Below are positions 12,972 to 24,052 of a stretch of DNA of 64,000 bases, one piece after another (position 1 is the first letter of the stretch; every line of letters begins with the position of its first letter). The translations under genes and the position numbers were made by a program. Origin of the DNA: Macrostomum hystrix (lineage: Eukaryota > Animalia > Platyhelminthes); the NCBI GenBank assembly GCA_950097015.1, contig CATNEN010000031.1, forward strand, positions 3,162,001-3,226,000. The letters are read 5' to 3'. The notes beneath the pieces were generated by a model. That model was not told the DNA's origin. It did not search any database and worked only from the letters and a program-made list of their open reading frames with translations.

Positions 12972-14070
12972 GATTTTAGGGATCTGGATTATTGGGGATC
13001 TGGATTATTGGGGATCTGGAATATTGCAGGTTTAGAATATTGGGGATCTGGCAGATTGGGGACTTGGAATATTGGGGATCTGGAATATTGGGGATCTGGA
13101 ATATTGGGGATCTGGAATATTGGGGATCTGGAATATTGGGGATCTGGAATATTGGGGATCTGGAATATCGGGGATCTGGAATATCGGGGATCTGGAATAA
13201 TGGGGATCTGGAATAATGGGGATCTGGAATATTGGGGATCTGGAGTATCGGGGATCTGGAATATTGGGGATCTGGAATATCGGGGATCTGGAATATTGGG
13301 GATCTGGAATATTGGGGATCTGGAATATTGGGGATCTGGATTATTGGGGATCTGGATTATTGGGGATCTGGATTATTGGGGATCTGGATTATTGGGGATC
13401 TGGAATATTGCAGGTTTAGAATATTGGGGATCTGGCAGATTGGGGACTTGGAATATTGGGGATCTGGAATATTGGGGATCTGGAATATTGGGGATCTAGA
13501 ATATTGGGATCTGGAATATTGGGGACTTAAAATATTGGGGATCTGGAATATTGGGGATCTGGAATATTGGGGATCTGGAATATTAGGGATCTGGAATATT
13601 GGGGATCTGGAATATTGGGGATCTGGAAATTTGGGGACTTAAAATATTGGGGATCTGGAATATTGGGATCTGGAATATTGGGGATCTGGAATATCGGGGA
13701 TCTGGAATATTGGGGATCTGGAATATTAGGGATCTGGAATATTGGGGATCTGGAATATTGGGGATCTGGAAATTTGGGGACTTAAAATATTGGGGATCTG
13801 GAATATTGGGGATCTGGAATATTGGGGATCTGGAATATTGCAGGTTTAGAATATTGGGGATCTGGAATATTGGGGATCTGGAATATTGGGGATCTGGAAT
13901 ATTGGGGATCTGGAATATTGGGGATCTGGAATATTGGGGATCTGGAATATTGGGGATCTGGAATATTGGGGATCTGGAATATTGGGGATCTGGAATTCCG
14001 GGGATCTGGAATATTGGGGATATGGGGATCTGAGATCTGGGGATCTGAGATCTGGGGATCTGGGGATCTG
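12972..14070 (-). repeat. 16-bp minisatellite (GGGGATCTGGAATATT), right arm of the inverted pair
   Basis: Direct inspection. Confidence 0.97.
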
Positions 14071-14531
14071 AGCAGTTAGAAATCGACCTCACTACTCAAA
14101 GTAACCGTGTCGAGTGTGTAGAGATTGTCTTATTTATAATTCGACTAGCTTTTTTTGCCCGTTGTTTTTGGGGCAGAAATTTAAAGCAAAGCAGTAAGCA
14201 ATTCACGTCTCTGTATTAACTTTATAGTGAAGGTCACCATTTATTTATTTACTGCATTAATGAAAAGTGACGAGTTTGTTTAAGGGCGTTTTAAGTAAAA
14301 AATAAGTGAAAAGTTTGTCCAAACAGCCCCCTCTTAATTACTTCTTTAGAAACATGTCTCTTAGCCTCTATACAGTCAGTGGCAGATCCAGGAATTTTGT
14401 TTTGGGGCGGTCTGTCAGGGGAGCGCCATGAGAATCACAGAGGGGGTGCCAGCGGCCGAAAAAGGGCGCCAGGAGCCAAGAAAGGGCGCCAGCGGCTGAA
14501 AAACGGGAGCCAGCGGCTGAAAAAGGGGCGC

Positions 14532-16621
14532 CCTAAGAAAATAAGCGGATACTGCAATGTATCATAGGCTTTGTGCAGCTCAGAAATCCTTTGCAACTGA
14601 TTGCTTCGCAGCTGCAGAACAATGTCTCGCTTCTCAAATTCCTGCCCAACAATTTGAATTGCGACATCGTTAACAACTGGTGCGTTATATCTCCTCTCAT
14701 GCTGGCCTGCAGGCCGTTTATCAGCACGAATGACTACTCTGTGCTCCTCTGTGTCCCGTGGCAGCCTCTCCATGGCAGTTTTAAATTGACGAACATAATT
14801 ATTTTTCTCGTGCAGGACTTCCTGTAACTCAAATACAATGTTGGCACGCACTCCTGGAGCGATTCTACATCGGCGCTCAACCTGCTCTTGATGATCTCCC
14901 ATGAAGTAGATCTGCAGGAACTTTGGCTCCTCTCCAGGCAGTGGTAGCAATGATCCTATGTCATGGTACACCTGACCTTGGACTTTGAATGCAGGCATGA
15001 ACCCTGGCTCACGGACAATACTTTTAGCTCCAAAAGAAGTCATTTGAAAGCAGCTGTTGTAGCACCGGATATTAGACAGAAAGTGCTCAGATTCTTCTGT
15101 CTCACCCAGCAACAGATGCCGAAGGCATGGTGGCAGGTTCTCGTTCAAAGGTTCAAGTCTGACCTTTCCGTTGGAACAGCACATGCCTGGAGTTTCGTTG
15201 GCCCATCTTAATGCATTGCAGCGTGCGCATTTGACCGACATTCTCGCCATCGCAAGTTTAGGATGGACATCATAGACAACAGTGGGATCATAACTCAGAG
15301 CCGCATTCAGTGCCCAAGGACGTGGGCCAGCTGGCTGATCAGGTTCGTCAACGTTGGGGTTTGTTGGGGCCGGGGTTGGTCCAACAAATTGGAAGGTCTC
15401 AGCGCGTTCCCTATGCCGCTCTCGATCATCCTGCCGACGCACTTCAGCCTGGTTGGCTGTTTCATTGCGACGGGCCTCGGCAGTCCGGTCTCTGTCCAGT
15501 TCTTGGCGCTGCTGTGTCTGGACTGCAGTCTCATTGCGACGGGCCTCGGCAGTCCGGTCTCTGTTCTGTTCTTGGCGCTGCTGTGTCTGGACTGCAGTCT
15601 CATTGCGACGGGCCTCGGCAGTCCGGTCTCTGTTCTGTTCTTGGCGCTGCTGTGTCTGGACTGCAGTCTCATTGCGACGGGCCTCGGCAGTCCGGTCTCT
15701 GTTCTGTTCTTGGCGCTGCTGTGTCTGGACTGCAGTCTCATTGCGACGGGCCTCGGCAGTCCGGTCTCTGTCCAGTTCTTGGCGCTGCTGTGTCTGGACT
15801 GCAGTCTCATTGCGACGGGCCTCGGCAGTCCGGTCTCTGTCCAGTTCTTGGCGCTGCTGTGTCTGGACTGCAGTCTCATTGCGACGGGCCTCGGCAGTCC
15901 GGTCTCTGTTCTGTTCTTGGCGCTGCTGTGTCTGGACTGCAGTCTCATTGCGACGGGCCTCGGCAGTCCGGTCTCTGTTCTGTTCTTGGCGCTGCTGTGT
16001 CTGGACTGCAGTCTCATTGCGACGGGCCTCGGCAGTCCGGTCTCTGTTCTGTTCTTGGCGCTGCTGTGTCTGGACTGCAGTCTCATTGCGACGGGCCTCG
16101 GCAGTCCGGTCTCTGTTCTGTTCTTGGCGCTGCTGTGTCTGGACTGCAGTCTCATTGCGACGGGCCTCGGCAGTCCGGTCTCTGTTCTGTTCTTGGCGCT
16201 GCTGTGTCTGGACTGCAGTCTCATTGCGACGGGCCTCGGCAGTCCGGTCTCTGTTCTGTTCTTGGCGCTGCTGTGTCTGGACTGCAGTCTCATTGCGACG
16301 GGCCTCGGCAGTTCGCTCTCTGTTAAGCTCTCGTCGCCTATCTACGTCTCTGCCGTGACTGGCTGTAGAACTTATTGCAGCTCCAGCACTGCTTCCACTG
16401 GTGCCTGATGTCTGTGCTCTTGTCCGAGGTCGAAGGTTATAAGGCTGGACTGGCTCAGCTTCATTTTCACTTGAAGCTGCTCGTGGCTGTGCTGAGGTGC
16501 TTGGTCTTGGTGCTGCTGTTGTTGCGCCGTCTTCTACTGCATCGTTTGGCCTTGCTGTTGCTCGACTTGCTGTTGCTGTTGCTTTAGTCAAGCGACTTAA
16601 AAAACTTTTCTTAGGTGGCAT
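14532..16621 (-). pseudogene. Truncated Helitron RepHel N-terminal region with 23-aa repeats and a Zn-finger-like motif
   Basis: ORF from ATG 16621 contains CARCNALRWANETPGMCCSNGKV, FLSNIRCYNSCFQMTSFG, FKVQGQVYHDIGSLLP, PKFLQIYF and YDTLQYPLIF, all Helitron-specific motifs. It breaks at about 14532, before the Rep catalytic motifs, and runs into the MITE sequence. Confidence 0.88.
15461..16325 (-). repeat. Coding 69-bp tandem repeat (23 aa), about 12.5 copies, inside the Helitron ORF
   Basis: Unit encodes EARRNETAVQTQQRQEQNRDRTA in the RepHel frame. Confidence 0.97.
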
Positions 16622-17611
16622 CTGAAAATTAGAAGTAGTCCGATTGACAGGGGACCTGTGTTAAAAAATCTTTCTCTTCTCTTCAGTGGGAGAGGCTAAG
16701 CCTCTGTATATTTTAGCAAAGCACTACGCCAGCCTCTCTCTTTCTTCTATCCCAGGCTGGCTGGAGAGAAATATCGACCGGAGAGCCCTGCGCACTGGGA
16801 CGCCACCGCACTCACCGCACTCAGTCTCAGTGCTGCTTGGGGGCCAGTAGACAGTCTAGGACTCTAGGGGTTTGGGCTGTGTACATTCACCGCTTGAAAT
16901 ACAATGTACAGTCTGGGGCTTCGGCGCCCGGGGAAGGGAGGGGGTGGCTGTAATAAAATTTGGCCCGCAGAGTGGCGGAGGGGAGTTGGGGTGGCTGTCC
17001 TCGGAAAACAAAAAGTGACTCACTTTGAGATGATGCAGCTTTGCTCTGGATTGAGTAGAGATGTTCAAAATTGACAGCATTGTTGGAAAACATGTAAAGT
17101 GTAAGTGGATCAAATTTGGAGAAAATCTGACAAAGTGGGGCGACGATATGTCGAATTGAGTGATTTTTTGACGATTTTTGAGCAGTTTTTTGCACTTTTG
17201 AGCAGGAAGGAAATGATTTTTCGGGAATTTGAGTAGCCTATTGCACTCAGCGTAGGTGGTTTTAGGTATGTGCAAAGTTTGGTGCGATTTGGTTGAGCGG
17301 TTTCGGCGTCTATAAAGACAAAAGGTTGCACACACACAGACAGACAGACAGAGTTTTCACTTTTATATAGATTACTAGCTTTTTTTGCCCGTTGTTTTTG
17401 GGGCAGAAATTTAAAGCAAAGCAGTAAGCAATTCACGTCTCTGTATTAACTTTATAGTGAAGGTCACCATTTATTTATTTACTGCATTAATGAAAAGTGA
17501 AGAGTTTGTTTAAGGGCGTTTTAAGTAAAAAATAAGTGAAAAGTTTGTCCAAACAGCCCCCTCTTGATTACTTCTTTAGAAACATGTCTCTTAGCCACTC
17601 CTCTATACAGT

Positions 17612-17885
17612 CAGTGGCAGATCCAGGAATTTTGTTTTGGGGCGGTCTGTCAGGGGAGCGCCATGAGAATCACAGAGGGGGTGCCAGCGGCCGAAAAAGG
17701 GCGCCAGGAGCCAAGAAAGGGCGCCAGCGGCTGAAAAACGGGAGCCAGCGGCTGAAAAAGGGGCGCCAGCGGCCGAAAAGGGGCACCAGTGCTGCGACTG
17801 GCACCCCTGGTGGGGGCATCTTATTCCCATGATTAAAATTTAGGGGGGCGACTGCCCCCCCCCACCCCCCCTAAATCTGCCTCTG
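17612..17885. mobile_element. hAT-type MITE nested in the Helitron 3' region
   Basis: Imperfect TIRs CAGTGGCAGATCCAG and CTAAATCTGCCTCTG, with a perfect 8-bp TSD TATACAGT at 17604-17611 and 17886-17893. A truncated twin lies at 14377-14532. Confidence 0.85.
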
Positions 17886-18037
17886 TATACAGTATGCATG
17901 TACACGCGTATACATAAGGAAAATAGCCATGGCATAACAATAACAATGTCAAAGAAACAAAATTAAACTATTTCAGAGTTCAGAGTTAGACAGGTCAAGG
18001 TCAATTCGTGACTACTTTTCTATTAATTGCTTGCGAG

Positions 18038-19010
18038 TCACCTCAAAGCCTGGGGATACACCACATTCTTCGTTCTTCCCCTTGGTGCGAAAATGAATAG
18101 GCCAGCTGGAGTTCCAACACGGGAGCAGGCGACATAAAGCTGCCCATGCGAGAAGCAAGGAGTCTCCAGGTTGATGCCAGCCACCTTCAGCGACTGTCCC
18201 TGAGCCTTGTTAATAGTCATCGCAAAGCACACTCTCACAGGGAACTGCAGTCGCTTGAACTGAAATGGCAGGTCCGTGGGGATAATTGGAATCCGGGGAA
18301 CGAACACAGACTCTCCTCTGCCAGATCCAGTCATTATCGTGGCCTCAATCACGTGTGGGAAGAGCCGCCTGACTATCAGTCTGGTGCCGTTACACAGCCT
18401 TGGCGCATTCAGGTTGCGGAGGAGCATAATTGGTGCCCCAACTTTCAGCTGCAAGTTGTGCGATGGAGTTCCAGGAGGATCTAGAGAGTTCAGAAACTCA
18501 ACAGGATACTCCACAGCGGTGTCATCAGTCAACGTTGTATCAATTGACTTGTAGGTGAAAACTGCACCTGGCAACTCCTGAAGCAGTTGGTAGTTAATTT
18601 CGTTGGCGGCATGCCGGCATCATTTCTAGGACACAGAATTGCCCTCTCTGACAGCCAGTCAACGTCAGCATATCGAACCATCAGGTTCGGGTAAACTTTT
18701 GCCTTGAGCTCCTGCACTGACTGCACAATGTTTCCGATTGTAGCGATCGATGACTGCCCATCCTCGGTGCTAATCTCCAGCAGACCATTGCCGATTCGCA
18801 ATAGATTGGCAGAGAACTCATGAGCTGTTTCGTCTCCTTGAATTGTAGCTCTCATGTTTGTTCGTAGGTGCAACTTCACAACCGATGGCCACAGGTGAGA
18901 TGATTTTAGGCAAGCATTAATCTCATCAGCAGGAGTGCCACGCGGAATCACAGGCAGCGTCTGTCTAAAGTCTCCAGACAGCAGCAGAGTGACACCACCC
19001 ATCAGTTGAT
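18038..19010 (-). pseudogene. Helitron PIF1-like helicase C-terminal fragment, frameshifted
   Basis: Motifs LLLSGDFRQTLPVIPRG, LRTNMR, ILCPRN, KVGAPIMLLRNL-LCNGTRL, QFPVRVCFAMTINKAQGQSL and FSHGQLYVACSRV. Frame change at about 18608-18615; stop at 18038. Confidence 0.9.
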
Positions 19011-20338
19011 CGCCAGCCTCTCTCTTTCTTCTATCCCAGGCTGGCTGGAGAGAAATATAGACCGGAGAGCCCTGCGCACTGGGACGCCACCGCACTCACC
19101 GCACTCAGTCTCAGTGCTGCTTGGGGGCCAGTAGACAGTCTAGGGGTTTGGGCTGTGTACATTCACGGCTTGAAATACAATGTACAGTCTAGGGCTTCGG
19201 CGCCCGGGAAAGGGAGGGGGTGGCTGTAATAAAATTTGGCCCGCAGAGTGGCGGAGGGGAGTTGGGGTGGCTGTCCTCGGAAAACAAAAAGTGACTCACT
19301 TTGAGATGATGCAGCTTTGCTCTGGATTGAGTAGAGATGTTCAAAATTGACAGCATTGTTGGAAAACATGTAAAGTGTAAGTGGATCAAATTTGGAGAAA
19401 ATCTGACAAAGTGGGGCGACGATATGTCGAATTGAGTGATTTTTTGACGATTTTTGAGCAGTTTTTTGCACTTTTGAGCAGGAAGGAAATGATTTTTCGG
19501 GAATTTGAGTAGCCTATTGCACTCAGCGTAGGTGGTTTTAGGTATGTGCAAAGTTTGGTGCGATTTGGTTGAGCGGTTTCGGCGTCTATAAAGACAAAAG
19601 GTTGCACACACACAGACAGACACACACACACACAGACAGAGTTTTCACTTTTATATATATAGATTCGAATAATTAGTATGTACATGAGCGTCAATATTTC
19701 TCAGTAAAATTTCCTTCAGTATTCCATTTCCACCCGGAGTCAGTAACCCGACCTATCCAACATGCCCCAGGACAAAGTTTCGTCAAGTCGAAGGCGATTC
19801 TGTTCAATGCGGTGGTTTAATCCTCCGAGACTGTGCTATGCTAGCCTCCCCAGGCCGCGCAGATCAGGGAAAGTACTGCTAGTATGGCCCGCCTCCTGTC
19901 TATCACTGGTGTATTCGATGGATTAAAGAGATTGGTATTTCTGCGCGCTTCGGATTAAATTAGGACCCCGGGATTAGGGATTATTGGCGGGCCAGCAAAA
20001 AGCCGCCCCAGTCGCCTAAGCCCACCGCCCACCCCATCACGCTGAAGTGGCTGCTGGATTGGGGAATTTAATTCTGGCCTCTTCTAGTCTACTCCCTGCT
20101 GTTTGCGAGCCGGGGTGCTGATAGCTGAGGGAGGAGTCATAAAATAGGACAGACAGGCGAGGCAGCTGCGTGATTGGCTACATGAAATTCTGCTGCTTCT
20201 AGTATTGAAGAGACCTTCATCTGAAGTGAAGCCGCATTGCTTAGTACTCAATTAGGCCGGCTGTTACTTGCGAATGCGGCAGAACAAAATTTCTGCTGTT
20301 CTGCTATCTCATCGAGGCGCAAAATAGTCAAACAGGCA

Positions 20339-20483
20339 ATGAGGGCCAATCGTGACGAGATTAGAGGACTAGGTCATCAGCATCCAGTTGTTCATCATCA
20401 ACCTGCAGGGCCGCAAGTCATGGGGCCAATAAGAGTTGGTAGTTTGATGAGGGACGGCTTCTTTACCGAGTCACCGTGCATCG
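20339..20483 (+). CDS. Candidate alternative first exon of the stomatin gene (MRANRDEIRGLGHQHPVVHHQPAGPQVMGPIRVGSLMRDGFFTESPCI)
   Basis: ATG at 20339, 48 codons plus 1 nt, donor G|GTGAGA at 20484, phase 1. A minisatellite starts about 47 nt after the donor. Confidence 0.45.
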
Positions 20484-20530
20484 GTGAGAACAGTTCTAGC
20501 TGGCAGTTGCCAGGGGGTTTTCGGATTGTA

Positions 20531-21385
20531 GAGACTCAGGTTTGAGTAGCTGATGGAGACTCAGGTTGGAGTAGTTGATACAGACTCAGGTTTGAGTAGT
20601 TGATACAGACTCAGGTTTGAGTAGCTGATACAGACTCAGGTTTGAGTAGCTGATACAGACTCAGGTTTGAGTAGTTGATACAGACTCAGGTTTGAGTAGC
20701 TGATACAGACTCAGGTTTGAGTAGTTGATACAGACTCAGGTTTGAGTAGTTGATACAGACTCAGGTTTGAGTAGCTGATACAGACTCAGGTTTGAGTAGC
20801 TGATACAGACTCAGGTTTGAGTAGTTGATACAGACTCAGGTTTGAGTAGTTGATACAGACTCAGGTTTGAGTAGCTGATACAGACTCAGGTTTGAGTAGC
20901 TGATACAGACTCAGGTTTGAGTAGTTGATACAGACTCAGGTTTGAGTAGCTGATACAGACTCAGGTTTGAGTAGTTGATACAGACTCAGGTTTGAGTAGT
21001 TGATACAGACTCAGGTTTGAGTAGCTGATACAGACTCAGGTTTGAGTAGTTGATACAGACTCAGGTTTGAGTAGTTGATACAGACTCAGGTTTGAGTAGC
21101 TGATACTGACTCAGGTTTGAGTAGTTGATACAGACTCAGGTTTGAGTAGTTGATACAGACTCAGGTTTGAGTAGCTGATACAGACTCAGGTTTGAGTAGC
21201 TGATACAGACTCAGGTTTGAGTAGCTGATAGAGACTTAGGTTTGAGTAGCTGATAGAGACTCAGGTTTGAGTAGCTGATGGAGACTCAGGTTTGAGTAGT
21301 TGATACAGACTCAGGTTTGAGTAGCTGATAGAGACTCAGGTTTGAGTAGCTGATAGAGACTTAGGCTTGAGTAGCTGATGCAGAT
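20531..21385. repeat. 25-bp minisatellite (GATACAGACTCAGGTTTGAGTAGCT)
   Basis: Direct inspection. Confidence 0.97.
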
Positions 21386-22979
21386 TCAGCTTAGAGTTCA
21401 TAGTATAAAATCCATATTTTTTCAATTGCCTTAATTTTAACATGAGGCTGGGGCGTGAGGCTGTCAAATTGAGTGACAGAATCTTAACCTATCACACAGT
21501 CCCACCATGAGTAACCGGGTAGCACCGCTGGAGCACAATAAATTTTGCAGGCCTTGTTTCACAATCTCCATGCTCTGATAGAGTCCTTGGAATTTTTTTT
21601 TCGTTGGGCTCCCATACTTCAGGGCCATGAGTTAGTTTGGATTCCCAATAGCCCTAATATTTCCCCTTAGTAAAATGCAACTCAAGTTTCTTAGGGAGCA
21701 ACTCACGCGTGTAATCTCTAATGGATGCCGTCATTGTGTATCTAAATGTTGTTTCTCAGAAACCATTTGATTGAATAATTCGATTTATTTCTGCTTAAAC
21801 TCTTACGATTAAGACATATTTTCCGCTTTTTTCAACAAGGTCAAGTGCACGGTTTATTTAAAAATAATTTGAGTTGCTAGGGATTAAGGTATAGGGAACT
21901 TATAGCTATAGATTTGAAATCCTGAGAGAGAGGTCGAGAGTTCGAATTTTAATTAAAAAGTAAAGCGCTCGTGTCCTCGAGAGAAACACCTGATTCACGG
22001 TCAACCAGCTGTAAAATCGCATTCCTGTTGAAATAAAAATTATTTTCATATACGAGAAGTACATGCAGCAGTAGTTCTACTCATAGTATGCAGCAGTAGT
22101 TCTACTCATAGTAGAGTTATTTGCGCCTGAACAAAAAAGTGGAACTATTTTTATCGCGCTTGTTAAATAAGAATAAAATTTATAATTAACAGTAACGTGA
22201 GTGTATTTTCAAGACATCATAGGAAAAATATTTTATTAATAGATTTTTCACAAGTATTTTTCTGGTCTAAAACAGAGTCCTTGGTAGTTTAGTAAAGTGA
22301 AAAATAATTGGGTTTTTTAACTTCAGGGCTGTATAATGCAGGCAATCCTTGGACCCGACTTTTTCGAGGATCAATTCAACGAAAATTGCGCAGCTCCTCA
22401 TTGGCCTTAAGAAGTGAGGCCTTTATGGCCAAGTCCTTCAGCTTGGAAACTCCCCTGAGAGCAGCCGGGGGGTTGGCGTCTGGGGATCAGGGGAAGCACG
22501 CCGAGTGACTGCTTTCCAGTCACTTCGCACTTTCATCATCGGCTCCAGTTGAGAGCTCGGCAGAGGAGAATTGAGTGAAAGAAACTAGCTAAGGGATTTT
22601 TGTTATACCAGGGCAGGCAAAATCAATGTGGCCACGAGCCGAAACTGGGTTCATTGTTGACGTCCCCTTCTACTTCCTCTCCTCTCCTCTCCTCTCTTTC
22701 TATGAAACTCTTTCATTTTTCCTTTCTTAAATCTATCTGCTTCTAGGCGCAGTTCTTCAAAGCCAATTTCCCAAAAGCCCTACTCAGCCAATCAGAGTGC
22801 GAGAAGAGGCGATGCAGTCGGACAGTTGCCCATTTTATCCTTCCTCCAGCCGGGATCCACAATAATCCCGAGTGTCTCGGCCTCAGTTCTGTTCTATGTC
22901 GGACGCAAGTTTTCATTTCCTATTTTCAAACCGGGCCAAGGCTGACTAGTCCTTGAGTAGGACTCAAAAGTCTATTGGC

Positions 22980-23031
22980 ATGTTTGCCGACCGAGATAAA
23001 CGGCCGACCAGCGGGCCGCTCAGCGAGCCGG
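22980..23031 (+). CDS. Candidate proximal first exon of the stomatin gene (MFADRDKRPTSGPLSEP)
   Basis: ATG at 22980, 17 codons plus 1 nt, strong donor G|GTAAGC at 23032, phase 1. A CCAAT motif (gccaatcag, about 22787) and a CT-rich tract lie upstream. Confidence 0.45.
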
Positions 23032-23196
23032 GTAAGCCGCCGCAGATGGATGACCTTCCAGGCCGGACTCCGATAAGGAGGGGCGGGGGGAGAGCCGGAG
23101 TAGGATAAATGGCTTCCGTGTCTGCTGTCTGACGGGCAGAAGTCTGTGCTAGCACAGTGCAGAGACAGAGCATAGGCAGACCCTCTCCAGTGACGA

Positions 23197-23323
23197 ATGC
23201 TGCTGTCACCGCCGCACGTCAGTCAGCTGCTGTTCCTATCGTCGGCTCCTCGACTTGTTAATAAGCGAATTGGCGGCGTTGGCACAGTTGAAAGTCATTC
23301 CAGCGACAAGGACAAAGAAGCCG
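23197..23323 (+). CDS. Candidate alternative first exon, or a 36-nt cassette exon 23288-23323, of the stomatin gene (...VESHSSDKDKEA)
   Basis: ATG at 23197, 42 codons plus 1 nt, donor G|GTGAAT at 23324, phase 1. An internal CAG at 23285-23287 would give a phase 1-1 cassette. Confidence 0.3.
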
Positions 23324-23437
23324 GTGAATTAGTCGGTCCCGACGGTGCTGGCAGCGGATTCGGCGCCGACGCCGGCTGCTGTGCCAGATGCTGCACAGCG
23401 GTGCTCATCAGCTGCGGGCCCGTCGGTAAAAGAAGGC

Positions 23438-23942
23438 CCGCTGAAAGCCCGCTGAAAGCCCACTGAAAGCCCACTGAAAGCCCACTGAAAGCCCACTGAA
23501 AGCCCGCTGAAAGCCCGCTGAAAGCCCGCTGAAAGCCCGCTGAAAGCCCGCTGAAAGCCCGCTGAAAGCCCGCTGAAAGCCCGCTGAAAGCCCGCTGAAA
23601 GCCCGCTGAAAGCCCGCTGAAAGCCCGCTGAAAGCCCGCTGAAAGCCCGCTGAAAGCCCGCTGAAGAGCCACTGAAGGCCGCTGAAAGCCCGCTGAAAAG
23701 CCACTGAAGGCCGCTGAAAGCCGCTGAAAGCCCGCTGAAGAGCCACTGAAGGCCGCTGAAAGCCCGCTGAAAAGCCACTGAAGGCCGCTGAAAGCCGCTG
23801 AAAGCCCGCTGAAGAGCCACTGAAGGCCGCTGAAAGCCCGCTGAAGAGCCACTGAAGGCCGCTGAAAGCCCGCTGAAGAGCCACTGAAGGCCGCTGAAAG
23901 CCCGCTGAAGAGCCACTGAAGGCCGCTGAAAGCCCGCTGAAA
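23438..23942. repeat. 11-12-bp minisatellite (GCTGAAAGCCC) grading into a 32-bp higher-order unit
   Basis: Direct inspection. Confidence 0.95.
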
Positions 23943-24052
23943 CTCAACGAAAATTACGCATTAGAAAATTTGTTCACAAAAAAATATTTCCCGATGTTTC
24001 TGTTGCACTCTGAGCCATTTTTCTCCAACCTCTCGCTTCCATTTTAATTTAG

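Larger units (their letters stand above)
14145..17371 (-). mobile_element. Helitron copy A (internally deleted, retains RepHel N-terminus)
   Basis: On the minus strand, the 5' end TCTATATAAAAG is at 17371 and the 3' end has a TGCCC...GGGCA hairpin plus CTAG ending at 14145. It shares its 5' and 3' modules with copy B. Confidence 0.9.
17375..19663 (-). mobile_element. Helitron copy B (internally deleted, retains the PIF1-like helicase C-terminus)
   Basis: 5' TCTATATATATAAAAG at 19663, preceded by A. 3' hairpin plus CTAG at 17375, followed by T. The 5' module 19012-19663 duplicates 16726-17371, and the 3' module from 17375 duplicates the one from 14145. Confidence 0.9.

Noticed and set aside
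11084-14092. Many ORFs (PDPQYSRSPIFQI / GIWNIGDLEYWGS) over the inverted 16-bp arrays
   Set aside because: Periodic translations of a non-coding minisatellite; only the part before the donor at 11250 looks coding.
15263-16408. Three plus-strand ORFs and one alternative minus-strand ORF over the 69-bp repeat
   Set aside because: Shadows of the Helitron coding repeat; only the frame continuous with the RepHel motifs is supported.
19762-19918. Additional candidate first exons at 19762 and near 22425
   Set aside because: Their donors fall in phase 0 or 2, incompatible with the phase-1 acceptor at 24053.
23655-23940. CTGAAGA-GCC...GGC...GAAA resembling a hammerhead core in the 32-bp unit
   Set aside because: Four extra bases separate stem II from GAAA, and there is no stem III/NUH cleavage site.
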